Origin: an uncultured Acidimicrobiia bacterium
GTDB taxonomy: Bacteria; Actinomycetota; Acidimicrobiia; Acidimicrobiales; AC-14
Assembly: GCA_963836205.1 (NCBI GenBank)
Contig: CAWIIV010000012.1
Span: forward strand, 1 to 64,000
Direction of reading: 5' to 3'
Length of the DNA stretch: 64,000 nt
This document shows, in pieces, positions 8,528-19,015 of this stretch. Made by a program: the position numbers and the translations under genes. Under the pieces are notes generated by a model. It worked only from the letters and a program-made list of their open reading frames with translations. It ran no database searches and had not been told where the DNA came from. Each line of letters begins with the position of its first letter. The first letter of the stretch is position 1.

Positions 8528-9991
8528 ATGACTACCAGGACCGTGGCGGTGTACTGCCGCATCAGCAAGGACCCGGCGCGACTCGAGCTGGGAGTGGACC
8601 GCCAGCGCGCCGACTGCCTCGAGCTCGCGGGCCGCCTGTGGCCCAACGCGCCCGTCCGACTGTTCGTCGACAACGACCTGTCAGCGGCCGACCCGGACGT
8701 GCAGCGGCCGATGTGGAAGGCGATGCTCGACGCCCTCCGATCGGGAGAGGTGGACGAGATCGTCGCCTACGACCAGAGCCGCCTGACCCGCCAGCCGATC
8801 GAGTGGGAGCAGCTCCTGGTGGTACTCGGCCGGAGAGGGATCACCTCATTGCACACCGTGCGAGAGGGCGAGCGGGACATTGCCGAGGGCGGGGGCCGGA
8901 TGGTGAGCCGCATCATCGCCGCTGTCGACGCCGAGTACGCCGAGGTCACGCGTATCCGAATCCGGCGGGCGATGCGCCAGCTGGCGACCGAGGGCCGGCC
9001 CGTCGGCGGCCGCCTCTTCGGCTACGTCTCAGCCGTCGGCGAGGACGGTCGCAAGACCCGGGCCATCGTCCCCCGGGAGGCCGAGGCCATCCGGTGGGCG
9101 GCCGAGGAGATTCTCCGGGGCGAGACGCTCGCGTCGGTCGCCCGTGGGTTCGATGCCCAAGGTCTGGCGCACGTGAAGAAGGGCAACCAGTGGTCCCCCA
9201 CGCACATCCGCAGCCTGGTCACGAACGCCGCCGTCGCCGGTCTGCGCAAGGACCCGGACGGCAACCTCATCCCGGCCATCTGGCCGGCGATCCTCGACCC
9301 CGTCACGTGGAGGAGCGTCAGAGCCGCGCTCTCGCGGCCCGTCACGCTGACTCGCTCCGACGGCGTCTTCTACCGCACCACCCGGGAGCGCCGCCCATCC
9401 CGTCGGCACCTCCTGTCGGCGGGACTCGCATTCTGCGGAGTCTGCGGCGCGCCGCTGACCGCCCAGGTCCAGAAGCGGCAGTCGGGCCAGCTGTTCGTCT
9501 CCTACTTCTGCAGCCCTCGCCTCGGCCGGGTGTGCGTCGGGATCGTCGGCCATCATCTTGAACGGTGCGTCCTCGAGAGGCTGTTCGACGCGTTCGCCGA
9601 TCCGAGAACGAGAGAGCTACTCGCGGGACCGGAGCCGAACGTGCTGAAGGCGGTCACCGATGAACTCGACGTCGTGGACAAGGATCTCGCCGATCTGGCC
9701 GGCAGGTGGGGCCGGGGGGACATCAGCAGGATCGAGTGGGAGGCGGCGCGGGAAGGTCTCGCGTCCCGGGGCCACTCTCTCCGGAGCCAGCTCGGTGTGC
9801 TTGCGGTGCCGGCATTCGACACCACCGACCTTCCCGCCCGCTGGGAGGAGTTGGGGCTTGCGGGCCGCCGAGCGATTCTGGCCGCCGTCTTTAAGCGGAT
9901 CGAGGTGCTTCCGGCCTCAACGACGCTCTACGACCCGAGTCGGGTCAGGCTCGTCTGGCGCAACACCGAAGCAAACGCCGCATGGGGATGA
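8528..9991 (+). CDS. Large serine recombinase
   Basis: YCRIS catalytic Ser, DQSRLTR, RLFGY recombinase domain, CGVCG..C..C zinc ribbon, coiled coil. Confidence 0.93.
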   Translation: MTTRTVAVYCRISKDPARLELGVDRQRADCLELAGRLWPNAPVRLFVDNDLSAADPDVQRPMWKAMLDALRSGEVDEIVAYDQSRLTRQPIEWEQLLVVLGRRGITSLHTVREGERDIAEGGGRMVSRIIAAVDAEYAEVTRIRIRRAMRQLATEGRPVGGRLFGYVSAVGEDGRKTRAIVPREAEAIRWAAEEILRGETLASVARGFDAQGLAHVKKGNQWSPTHIRSLVTNAAVAGLRKDPDGNLIPAIWPAILDPVTWRSVRAALSRPVTLTRSDGVFYRTTRERRPSRRHLLSAGLAFCGVCGAPLTAQVQKRQSGQLFVSYFCSPRLGRVCVGIVGHHLERCVLERLFDAFADPRTRELLAGPEPNVLKAVTDELDVVDKDLADLAGRWGRGDISRIEWEAAREGLASRGHSLRSQLGVLAVPAFDTTDLPARWEELGLAGRRAILAAVFKRIEVLPASTTLYDPSRVRLVWRNTEANAAWG

Positions 9992-10123
9992 CCCCTGCTA
10001 CTCGCACCTGGACTGGCCCAATCGTGTTAGTCGGTCAGGTTTCGACCGGCGCACACCCGGCCGGGTCCCGAGCCCTCGTGTTCGCCCAAGCTGTCGACTC
10101 GATTCTGCGGCAGACTAGGAGCA

Positions 10124-11023
10124 GTGGGCTTGGCGAGCGTGCTGCCGGGGCTCCGGGACGTGCGTGGTCCACTGGCGTCCGGCTACTTGTGGCTAATCAC
10201 GATCTGGCTCGGGGTTGCGAGCCGCCTACCCGACGCCAACACCGACTCGGGTGTGATCGGCGACTTCTACGACCTCTCGGGTGTCGTAAGCGCCGTCGGC
10301 GTAGCCGTGATTCTCAGCTTCGGCGCCTACCTGGTGGGCGCCATGACTGAGGGTCTAACTAATGGAGATTCCCATCAGCAAACTGCCGGCGCAGCGAAGT
10401 TCCGCCAGTGAGAACCAGCTCAACGAAGCTGTGGTTGGGCGAATCAAGGCCGTGCGCGCACAGGCTGGGTACGCCATCGAGCGGATCAAAAGGCACATCT
10501 CCGAGCACGGGAGTGAGCTTGATCCGACACAGGACGCGGAACTGACCCGGCACCTGGCTATCTTGGCCGGCATACAGGATCCAAACAGCGACAACCTCGT
10601 GCTGTCGGATGAGAAACGAGCGACGGATCTACTTGACAAGGACGATCTGCTGGCCGTAAGGCTCCTGGTCGCGGAGGAACGCCTGTTCCAGGTCTACGAC
10701 CGCTGGCGCGCTGAGTCGGAGGTTCGCCTCGGGGTCGTCCCGCCGCTCGTCGGCCTCTCGATCGTCCTTGCGGCCCGTATGCACCTCGTGTGGCTCCTGC
10801 TGACATTCCGACACTCATCCTCCTCGTTCAGGGCATTCGAGTCCGTCGGCGCTCCGGGAACGTGCTCGTCCAGGCCGTGATCCTCGGGCGGATCGCCCCG
10901 ACGGTGGGGGTCGAGCTTTCCGAGCGAGATGTCGCAGCCTCGCTGCAGGCACTCGCCGAGGTGATGCGCGCCGCCGAGGGACTACCTCCATGGGCAGCGG
11001 CCCCCTTGCCCGGCAGGCCGTGA
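10124..11023 (+). pseudogene. Membrane hypothetical protein split over three frames
   Basis: Overlapping ORFs 10124-10411, 10362-10880 and 10790-11023 read as one TM protein. Confidence 0.5.
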
Positions 11024-11129
11024 GTCGCCTCGCCGCTGTAGCTCCGACCGCCCGCGACGTCCTCAGCAGCGTCGGCCTGGCAAGATCGTTGCGAGAACAT
11101 CCCCCTCGTGGGACAGTGGTCCAAGCCAT

Positions 11130-11145
11130 GCGAACAGGTATTCGA
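11130..11145. promoter_or_regulatory. Putative LexA (SOS) box
   Basis: GCGAACAGGTATTCGA vs actinobacterial consensus TCGAAC-N4-GTTCGA (2 mismatches), just before the AGGAG RBS of dprA. Confidence 0.6.
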
Positions 11146-11155
11146 CAGGAGTAGC

Positions 11156-12103
11156 ATGGGTATCTCGGACGACCAGAAGCGTCTTCTCGCCCTTTGCGCG
11201 GTCCGCCTCGACGGCCACGGCGTCGACTGGAACCTCATTGCCCGCCAGGCCCAACTTGAGCGTGGTGTCGATGGGCTCTGGTCGCAGAAGCTGACGGAGA
11301 GCTCCGAGGCCGCCCGGGTAGCGGCGCCGATCCTCAAGGCGGGACTGAAGGACACCACCGCGGCGATGGACCGGGTGGGGGCGGAGATCGAGGCCGCGGC
11401 GGCCGTCGGCGCCCGGCTGGTGACCGTGCTCGACGACGACTATCCGGCCAACCTACGGCTGATCCCGAACCTGCCGCCGTTCCTGTTCTACCGGGGCGAG
11501 CTACGACTCGACGACGCCCGGTCGGTGGCCGTGGTCGGCACCCGTGGGGCGTCGGAGAAAGGTCTGTCTCGTGCCGATCGCATGGCTCGGATGCTCGCAG
11601 CCGAGGGCGTCACCGTGATCTCGGGCCTGGCCCGGGGCATCGACACCGCCGCCCACCGCGCCGCGCTCGACGCCGGCGGCAGGACCATCGCCGTCCTCGG
11701 CACCGGCATCACCCGCTGCTACCCGGCCGAGAACGAGTCCCTGGCCGACCAGATCGCAGGTCACGGTGCCCTGGTCTCGCAGTTCTGGCCCACCCGCACT
11801 CCGGGCCGCGACACCTTCCCTCGGCGCAACGTCGTGACGTCGGGGATCGGCCAGGGGACCGTTGTCATCGAGGCCAGCTCCACGTCGGGAGCGAAGATGC
11901 AGGCCCGCCTCGCCCTCGAGCACGGCAAGAAGGTCTTCCTCGTGCGCTCCCTGGTCACCGACCAGATCTGGGCCCAGAGCTACCTCCAGCGAGGCGCCAT
12001 CGAGGTCGGCGACGTCGCCGACGTCGTCCGCCACCTCGCCGCCCCCGAGCGGGTCGCACAGGCCGGGGCCCAGCGCCAGCAGCTCACACTCACGCTGCTG
12101 TAG
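11156..12103 (+). CDS. dprA: DprA/Smf-family (SLOG) protein
   Basis: YPANL..PPFLFYRG, VAVVGTR, ISGLARGIDTAAH, FPRRN, VIEASSTSGA motifs. Confidence 0.92.
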   Translation: MGISDDQKRLLALCAVRLDGHGVDWNLIARQAQLERGVDGLWSQKLTESSEAARVAAPILKAGLKDTTAAMDRVGAEIEAAAAVGARLVTVLDDDYPANLRLIPNLPPFLFYRGELRLDDARSVAVVGTRGASEKGLSRADRMARMLAAEGVTVISGLARGIDTAAHRAALDAGGRTIAVLGTGITRCYPAENESLADQIAGHGALVSQFWPTRTPGRDTFPRRNVVTSGIGQGTVVIEASSTSGAKMQARLALEHGKKVFLVRSLVTDQIWAQSYLQRGAIEVGDVADVVRHLAAPERVAQAGAQRQQLTLTLL

Positions 12104-12858
12104 TGGCCGGTCGGGCCGAGCCGCCGGCGAGGCTCGACTTCCCCGCCTGTCCGAGGTGCCCCTATCTGCAGGGCGGCTCAGCCGCATTCTGCTTCTCGTG
12201 CGCCAGCCAGAGCATTGAGCCGATCGCAACCAGGGCCTGCCCGGTGTGCAGCCAGTTTCTCGACCGGGATGACACCTGCCCTAACTGGCTCTGCTCCGAC
12301 CCGACGAGGCGCATCGAGCGGATCGACGCCATCGGCTACCTCTCGGGCCCACTGCGCAGGAAGATCGTGTCCTACAAGTACGACGACAAGTACGGGTGGG
12401 CGACCATCTTCGGCCGGGTGCTGCTCGGGTGGCTGGCGGACAACCTCGCCGATCGGATGCCGGACCTCATCGTCGCCAACCCCACCTGGGTGGAGCCGGG
12501 GTCGACGTTCGCCACCGGTCACACGGAGCGGGTGCTCGAAGCGGCTGCGAGGGAGGACGCTCTCGCCCGCTGGAACCTCGATGTCGCCAGCCCTAGGGTG
12601 GTCACCAAGACCCGGGCCACCGCCAAGTCGGCCAGGAACACGGCTCCCGCCAAACGAACCGCCGCCCGCGAGCTGCGCGCCGCGCTGGCCCTCACCGACC
12701 TCGGCCGAATCGCTGGCAAGCGGATCCTCGTCTACGACGATGTCTGCACCACCGGCTCCCAGCTCAACACAGTGGCGTCGTGCCTCCTTGACGACGGTGG
12801 CGCGGCCGAAGTGACGGGGGTGGTGCTGGCCCGAGCTCCATGGCGGCAGAGGCTCTAG
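12103..12858 (+). CDS. ComF-like phosphoribosyltransferase with N-terminal zinc ribbons
   Basis: CxxC pairs, YKY, ILVYDDVCTTGSQL PRPP-binding loop; start overlaps dprA stop. Confidence 0.88.
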   Translation: MAGRAEPPARLDFPACPRCPYLQGGSAAFCFSCASQSIEPIATRACPVCSQFLDRDDTCPNWLCSDPTRRIERIDAIGYLSGPLRRKIVSYKYDDKYGWATIFGRVLLGWLADNLADRMPDLIVANPTWVEPGSTFATGHTERVLEAAAREDALARWNLDVASPRVVTKTRATAKSARNTAPAKRTAARELRAALALTDLGRIAGKRILVYDDVCTTGSQLNTVASCLLDDGGAAEVTGVVLARAPWRQRL

Positions 12859-13248
12859 GCGACGAGGGCGCTCTGTCGCCCCCGAAGGTGTACCCCGGAC
12901 ATGCGACGTCGGACCACAGGCCAGAGTTCGACTGGCGACGCAACACGACGCGCGCGCCGCTGTCTCGGCTCCTCTCCGCCCGCAGCAGCGCGACGGGTCG
13001 GTGCCGATGAAGATGCGCAGGGCTCGGCGGCCATACTCATCGCAATCGGGCGCGCGCCATCGCCACCGCCCCGCGGCCCGCACTCCGCGCCCGGCGCGCA
13101 CGGTGCCAATCACGTGTCGAAGCGCCGGGAGAGGTGGGGCGGCGCCGCGCCAGTGCTTCCCTGGCGCGACGCCCACCCGAATGACCCGCGAGGCCTGGGG
13201 CCGTCGGCATCCGGCAGCACTGGATCCCGTGGCTCGCCTCTGAATTCC

Positions 13249-13626
13249 TCAGCCGTCGTTGCTCACCTGGAACACGATGTTGTTCCCAAGCTTTTGCGCA
13301 TAGAGTGGGAGGCAGGCCGTACATTGGTAGCTGGTGAACATACGAGCCCAACCGCCGGCGGTCAGTCGTACGATGTTCTGCGTGCCCCGCATCTCCCGCG
13401 TCACGAGAGCGCGACTTAGGACGGTGGCCGTGTCGGCCGTTTTCGGCGCCATGGAGAACGGGATAGTCGAAGAACCGACATTCCATTCGACCACCAGATC
13501 GTCGTAGAACGGTTCCTTAATGACATACGCCGCACTGTAAGGCACCGTCAGCGCCATCGCGCTCTGGGTGATGACTCCCAGCAGAGCGAGGACGCCGACT
13601 GAGATCATTGCAGCCCTTCGTACCAT
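13249..13626 (-). CDS. Small secreted hypothetical protein
   Basis: Signal peptide MVRRAAMISVGVLALLGVITQSAMA; purine-rich RBS. Confidence 0.55.
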   Translation of the reverse strand: MVRRAAMISVGVLALLGVITQSAMALTVPYSAAYVIKEPFYDDLVVEWNVGSSTIPFSMAPKTADTATVLSRALVTREMRGTQNIVRLTAGGWARMFTSYQCTACLPLYAQKLGNNIVFQVSNDG

Positions 13627-13790
13627 CAGATACCCCTTTTCTCTCTTGTGACTGGACCATTCCGTCCGTCTAACCGACGTCGCTGGCCAACACTTCCCAC
13701 ACGGCTCAGATGTGTGGCTAACACCCGCATTTGGACGCAAGCCGCCCCGGAGAAGGCGACACCTCGGCCGTCGACCACCGATCGAAACCG

Positions 13791-15227
13791 GGCTCTCCTG
13801 ACCACGATGTGGGTCACGCGGCCACCTTCCCGGCCACCCGTTCATGCGGCAGCTTGAGGTCGATGGGCCCGGCAGCAAGCATGACAAGGGCCAGGGCGGC
13901 GTCGGCGGAATGGAACCCGTACGCCCTGCGGATGATGAGGCGGACCTTGGTGTTGAAGCCCTCCACCCGGCCGTTGGAGATCCCGTGCTCGACGGCGTTG
14001 AGGATCATCTCCCGACGCTGGCGCATGGTCTTGGCCACCTTGACGAACGGCGCCAGCCGCGATCTCTGGGCTCGGGCGCACCACCGGTCGAGAAGCTCGC
14101 CCGCCTCGTCGCGGGTGAGGTCGCCGGCCAGGATGGCCCGGAACTGCTCCTTCATCTCATAGGCCCGCCACATCCCGCCCCGGTTGCGTCGGATGCGCTT
14201 GAGCTGGGCGGCCTGGGTGCTGGTCAGGTCCTCGGGGTTCTTCAGCAGGGCCCACCGGGCTCCCTTGAAGTCCTTGGCCCAGCGGTCGTCGGGAAGCCGG
14301 CGCAGCTGGTTCCACAGGTCCCGGCGGACCTCGTCGAGAGCGTCGCCCACCAGGCACACGAGGTGGAACGGATCGGCGCACACGATGGCCTGGGGAGCGT
14401 GTCCCTCGGCCTTGACGCTCTTGAGGTAGGCCGGGCCCAGATCCATGGAAATGGCGCTGAGCTGGGACGATCGCTCCGGCCCGAGGTCGTCGAAGAAGGC
14501 GTCGAGGGTCTTGGCGTCCTTGCCTTTGGCTCCCCAGACGACCCTGCCCCGGTCGTGGTCGACCACCAGCGTCAGGTAGCGGTGGTGCTTGCGCCAGGAG
14601 ATCTCGTCGACCCCGATGCGGAACAGGCCGTCGAGGCGATGGTCGTCGAGCTCGCTCGCCACCACCCGTTCGCAGGCCCGTCCCACCGTCCGCCACGACA
14701 CCCGGCACAGACGAGCGACCGCCGTGCGGTCCATCCTCGTCGCCAGCCACGCCAGCAGGTCGTCGAGGTCCCGGGTGAGGTTCGCCCCCGGCCGGGCGAA
14801 GGGGACGGCCTCCACCACCACGCCGTGGTCGGGGCAACGAAGACGGCGCAGGCTGGCCCGGACCTCCAGCCGCCAGGTGCCCAGGTCGAGGTGGCGCCAC
14901 CACGACGGCGCCGGCCGGGTGTCGTAGCGGAACCGGGTCTTGAACCCGCAATGGGGGCAGACCAGCCGCCGCCGGCGCAGGGCCACGGTGACGATCACGA
15001 TCGTGGTCAGGAACTCCACGGCGACGACGTTGACGTCGTCGAGCCGAAGGAGGCGCTTGAATGCGGTGGTGACGCGCACGGGTTGAGGACCTCCCGGTTC
15101 AGGGGTGTGAGAAGTCCGTGAACCTTGGCCCGGCCCGTGCGCGTCACGCGGATACCGGAAGACCTGCTCAGCCAGCCACTACACGCCTGCCGGCTCCGAT
15201 CCCATCCACACTTGGGTCAGGAGAGCC
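13791..15227 (-). mobile_element. ISL3-family insertion sequence, intact
   Basis: Terminal IRs GGCTCTCCTGACC at both ends; 8-bp target duplication CGAAACCG at 13783-13790 and 15228-15235. Confidence 0.95.
13814..15079 (-). CDS. ISL3-family transposase
   Basis: CPHCG zinc finger, IGVDEIS, SMDLGPAY, DPFH, SNGRVEGFN..AYGF motifs. Confidence 0.95.
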   Translation of the reverse strand: MRVTTAFKRLLRLDDVNVVAVEFLTTIVIVTVALRRRRLVCPHCGFKTRFRYDTRPAPSWWRHLDLGTWRLEVRASLRRLRCPDHGVVVEAVPFARPGANLTRDLDDLLAWLATRMDRTAVARLCRVSWRTVGRACERVVASELDDHRLDGLFRIGVDEISWRKHHRYLTLVVDHDRGRVVWGAKGKDAKTLDAFFDDLGPERSSQLSAISMDLGPAYLKSVKAEGHAPQAIVCADPFHLVCLVGDALDEVRRDLWNQLRRLPDDRWAKDFKGARWALLKNPEDLTSTQAAQLKRIRRNRGGMWRAYEMKEQFRAILAGDLTRDEAGELLDRWCARAQRSRLAPFVKVAKTMRQRREMILNAVEHGISNGRVEGFNTKVRLIIRRAYGFHSADAALALVMLAAGPIDLKLPHERVAGKVAA

Positions 15228-15854
15228 CGAAACCGGAGGTCCTCCGCGAGTACGCCATCGGGCGGAAGTCCGGCAGCGGTCGCACCACGAACGCGCACGA
15301 GCTCCGGGCGCGCCACCTGGACCCAGCACAGCCAAGGACCGTCGTCAGCCCGATCTCGATGCTCGCAGCTGGCATCGCCCGATGCTGGTGAGAGCGGTCG
15401 GAGTCTGCCGCTCAGTGCAGGTGCCCGCGTCGGGCGATGTCTGGCACGCCCTGGCCAGAGGTCAGCCGACACCGTCGCCAGCTACCCCGTTCACCCAGGT
15501 CGACCAGCCCTCGACGGCCGATCCTCAGCGGTCAGACCTCTGCCGACCCGGCTCGAAGGCGAGACCTGTCCAGCCGCGACAGCGCGCCCCCCCCCCGTAG
15601 GCCTCGTCGGCCCGGAGCCCCCCCCGGGGGATCGACCGACGTGCCGGTGGCCGTTCACCGGGAGGGCTCCAGTCGTCGATCTGGGCGGTCCCGAAGCCAC
15701 ATCAGGCCGGCACGGCCCACGCCGGGCAAGGGCTGGTCCATAGCTGCGACCCAACCCCCCATGGGTCGTCTCCACACTGGGAGGCCGGAAGGCGGCGAGC
15801 GCTCGGCGGTCCTGCCAATCCCTCCGCAGGCCAGGAGTGGCACCCTTACCATCA

Positions 15855-17003
15855 ATGACGGCGAGGCGAGGATTACGGCTGACGGTCACCGCTCTTGTCC
15901 TGGCCACGTCGTGCGTGGGCTCGTCGGACCCTCCGCCGCCGCCGGAGGTAGTCCGGCGGCATCCGTTCGAGGCCACGTCGATCTCGTTCACCGACCGGGA
16001 CCACGGGTGGGCGTTCCATGGATCGTGCGACCAGTACGCCCTGTGCAACGACCTGTGGGCCACTGCCGACGGCGGGGCCACCTGGCGCGAAGTGCCGGCG
16101 CCCACCGGCCGGCGCAAGGGCGGACCGCCCCTGACTGACCCGGCGACGGGTGCCGTCCACTCGGTCGTGTTCGCCGACACCCGCCATGGGTGGCTGGCCG
16201 ATCCCGGCCTCTTCGTGACCCACGACGGTGGCCGAGAGTGGAAGGAGGAGCGCCACGACGGCGCCGTGTTCGACCTGGCCGCCCGGGACGGTTGGGCGTG
16301 GGCCCTGGAGCGCCCGCCCTGCCCCGGCGACACCTGGCCCTGCCGGCGGCAGGTGGCCCAGGTCCTCCGGGGCCCGGTGTCGGGCTCCCTCGAGCCCCTC
16401 GACGAGCAGCCGGAGCGGGTCAAGTGGGCCAACCAACTGGTCGTCGTGAGCGACCGCCGTGCCTACCTGGTGGTCGGCGACCTCGCCCCCACCGAGATCC
16501 TCGCTACCGCCGACGGCGGCGCCACCTGGCGTCGGGAGGAGGCGCCCTGCCATCGGGACACGGTTCGCCTGCATGTGCTGGCCCCCTCGCGCCTGTGGCT
16601 GACGTGCACCGTCAGCCACCTCGGCACCCGCCATTTTCAGTCGCTCGACGACGGACGCCAGTGGGAGCCGGCTCCGTTCCCGGAGACGGGTGACGACTTC
16701 AGCGGACCGTTCCCCCTCGACGAGACGAGGATCCTCTACGACAAAGGCGATAGCAAAGGGATTCGCGTGAGCGCAAGCTGGGGCCGCACCGACCAGGTCG
16801 TGTTGCCGACCCCGAGAGGCGCCGTCGGACGGGGCCTGGTGCGCGAGTTCCACCAAGCCGACGCCGACCATCTGTGGTTGCTCACGATCCCCGTATGGCC
16901 CCCCGACCCCGAGGCCGATCCGAGCTTCATCTTCCGCCCGGGCCGGTCACTTCTGCGCAGCGACGACGGAGGAGTGTCCTGGATCGTCACCCAGGTCAAG
17001 TAG
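15855..17003 (+). CDS. Lipoprotein with BNR/Asp-box beta-propeller repeats
   Basis: Lipobox-like LATSC; repeated T.DGG.TW / S.DGG.SW boxes. Confidence 0.8.
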   Translation: MTARRGLRLTVTALVLATSCVGSSDPPPPPEVVRRHPFEATSISFTDRDHGWAFHGSCDQYALCNDLWATADGGATWREVPAPTGRRKGGPPLTDPATGAVHSVVFADTRHGWLADPGLFVTHDGGREWKEERHDGAVFDLAARDGWAWALERPPCPGDTWPCRRQVAQVLRGPVSGSLEPLDEQPERVKWANQLVVVSDRRAYLVVGDLAPTEILATADGGATWRREEAPCHRDTVRLHVLAPSRLWLTCTVSHLGTRHFQSLDDGRQWEPAPFPETGDDFSGPFPLDETRILYDKGDSKGIRVSASWGRTDQVVLPTPRGAVGRGLVREFHQADADHLWLLTIPVWPPDPEADPSFIFRPGRSLLRSDDGGVSWIVTQVK

Positions 17004-17190
17004 TCGCGGCAGCTCACGACTCGGGCCTGACCCCGTACGACCAGGCCGCGTAGATCGGACGAGATGCTTGTTGGTGATGCGGGTGAGAGGGTGCATCCGG
17101 GTACCGTCCCGCCGCGAGGATCACGCCTTCACGGAGCCGAGACGCCAGCCCGCCATCGAGGCGATCCAGATGGTCGCGGAAAAGGCCCGA

Positions 17191-17570
17191 TCAGCAGCTG
17201 ACGTCAAGGTGAAACGGCCAGTCGCTCAAGCCGCCGCCTAGGTTCTTGGTTTCGACGTAGACGCGGCTCGGACCACTGTGTCCCCCGGCGGTGTAGACAA
17301 CGTTGGGGTAGTAGACGAGGTCGTTGGCAGGGTCGCCGATCGTTGCCGTGTAGGCGCAAGGGCTCACGTCGCTGTTGAACGTCACCTCGTACCGACCGAC
17401 GCCGAGGTGGGTTGTGGCGACAGCTCCGCCCCCCCGCACCAGAGTGCCGTTGGCATCCACCACGCCGAAGAGCGTTGCCGCCGGACAGCTGACCTCAAGG
17501 TGGAAGGGCCAGTCGGCCAGGCCGCCGCCGAAGTTCTTCGTCTCGACGTAGACCCTGCTCAGACCGCTGT
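17191..17570 (-). pseudogene. 3' fragment of a repeat-containing extracellular protein
   Basis: Two copies of VYVETKN.GGGL.DWPFHL.VSC; no intact 5' end. Confidence 0.5.
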
Positions 17571-17701
17571 GGCGCCATGCACTGTTCCCTCGGTCCAGCC
17601 GGCGAGCGCCACTGGTTCGCCCCTCCTCCGTAGCCGGTCACCGGATGAGGCTCCTCCTGCGGGGCTACGTGAGACCTCCACGCCGCGGAGGTCCCACGTA
17701 G

Positions 17702-17732
17702 GCGGGGTGCTGGCAGTAGGCCGGCACCCCGC
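17702..17732. terminator. GC-rich hairpin
   Basis: gcggggtgctggc-agtag-gccggcaccccgc stem. Confidence 0.35.
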
Positions 17733-17748
17733 GGGTAATCAGCCCTTA

Positions 17749-19005
17749 GGGTCCACGCCAGGTTAGTCCGCGCGTACTAGGATGACGGCGTGCAGGTCAC
17801 ATCCGACGGGCTCGCGCGGTTCTTCGATGTGGTCCTGCGCCATCTGGACGAGCGCCAGCGACGGGTGGTGGTCGGGGCGGCGGCGGAGATGTTGGGCCGG
17901 GGCGGCAAGACGGCAGTGGCGGAGGCGTCGGGCATGAGCCGCAACACCGTCATCAAGTCGGTGGCCGAGGTGTCGGCGGGCATGGAGCCGTCGGATCGGC
18001 TGCGGGCCGTGGGTGGCGGCGACAAACCGTTGAAGGACAAGCAGCCCGGTCTGCTCGAAGCCCTCGACGAGCTGGTCCATCCCGAGACCCGGGGCAATCC
18101 CATGTCGCTGCTGCGCTGGACCTCGAAGTCCTCGACCAAGCTCGCGGCCGAGCTGGTGCGGGCCGGCTTCGACGTGTCGTCGCGCACGGTGCTGCGGCTG
18201 CTGCACGAGCTGGGCTACTCGCTGCAGGCCAACGCCAAGGTGACCGAGGGCCGCCAGAGCCCCGACCGTGACGCCCAGTTCCGCTACCTCAACGACCTGG
18301 CCATCGCCTTCGTCGACGACGGCCAACCGGTGATCAGCGTCGACACCAAGAAGAAGCAGCTGGTGGGCGACTACGCCAACGGCGGAGCCGAATGGGCCCC
18401 GGAGGCTGAGCCGGAGCGGGTGCGCGTCCACGACTTCGTCGATCCGGTATTGGGCAAGGCCATTCCCTACGGGATCTACGACCTGGCCAACAACGAGGGC
18501 TGGGTCAGCGTGGGCGACACCGCCGACACCGCCGAGTTCGCCGTCGAGTCCATCCGGCGGTGGTGGGACCAGATGGGCCGGGCCCGGTTCCCCGAGGCCG
18601 ATCGCTTGATGATCACCGCCGATGCCGGAGGGTCCAACGGCTACCGCCTGCGGGCGTGGAAGGTGCACCTCGCCGCCCTCGCCGCCGAGACGGGCCTGCG
18701 CATCACCGTGTGCCACTACCCGCCGGGGACCTCGAAGTGGAACCGCATCGAGCACCGCATGTTCAGCTTCATCACCGCCAACTGGCGGGGCCGGCCCCTC
18801 GTCAGCCTGCGCACGATCGTCGAGCTGATCTCGGCCACCACCACCCAGACCGGGCTCAGCATCCAGGCCGCTCATGACCCCAACTGGTATCCCACCGGCG
18901 TGCAGATCACCGATCCCGAGCTCGCCGCCGTTCCCCTCAGCCCCCACGATTGGCACGGCGACTGGAACTACACCATCAACGCTCAATCAGACGTGACGTG
19001 AGCCC
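17749..19005 (+). mobile_element. ISAzo13-family insertion sequence
   Basis: Imperfect IRs GGGTCCACGCCAGGT / GGGCTCACGTCACGT; TTA on both flanks. Confidence 0.8.
17790..19001 (+). CDS. ISAzo13-family transposase
   Basis: LRWTSKS, ISVDTKKK, KAIPYGIYD, ITADAGGSNG, PPGTSKWNRIEHRMFS, HGDWNYTI. Confidence 0.95.
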   Translation: MQVTSDGLARFFDVVLRHLDERQRRVVVGAAAEMLGRGGKTAVAEASGMSRNTVIKSVAEVSAGMEPSDRLRAVGGGDKPLKDKQPGLLEALDELVHPETRGNPMSLLRWTSKSSTKLAAELVRAGFDVSSRTVLRLLHELGYSLQANAKVTEGRQSPDRDAQFRYLNDLAIAFVDDGQPVISVDTKKKQLVGDYANGGAEWAPEAEPERVRVHDFVDPVLGKAIPYGIYDLANNEGWVSVGDTADTAEFAVESIRRWWDQMGRARFPEADRLMITADAGGSNGYRLRAWKVHLAALAAETGLRITVCHYPPGTSKWNRIEHRMFSFITANWRGRPLVSLRTIVELISATTTQTGLSIQAAHDPNWYPTGVQITDPELAAVPLSPHDWHGDWNYTINAQSDVT

Positions 19006-19015
19006 TTAGGAAACC

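Noticed and set aside
11156-12858. Housekeeping natural-competence locus
   Set aside because: Lies within a mobile element; lacks the usual YraN/YifB or comF-hpf chromosomal context and any uptake genes.
15586-15630. Poly-C tracts as phase-variation switches
   Set aside because: Not within or clearly upstream of a credible gene start; unremarkable in GC-rich DNA.
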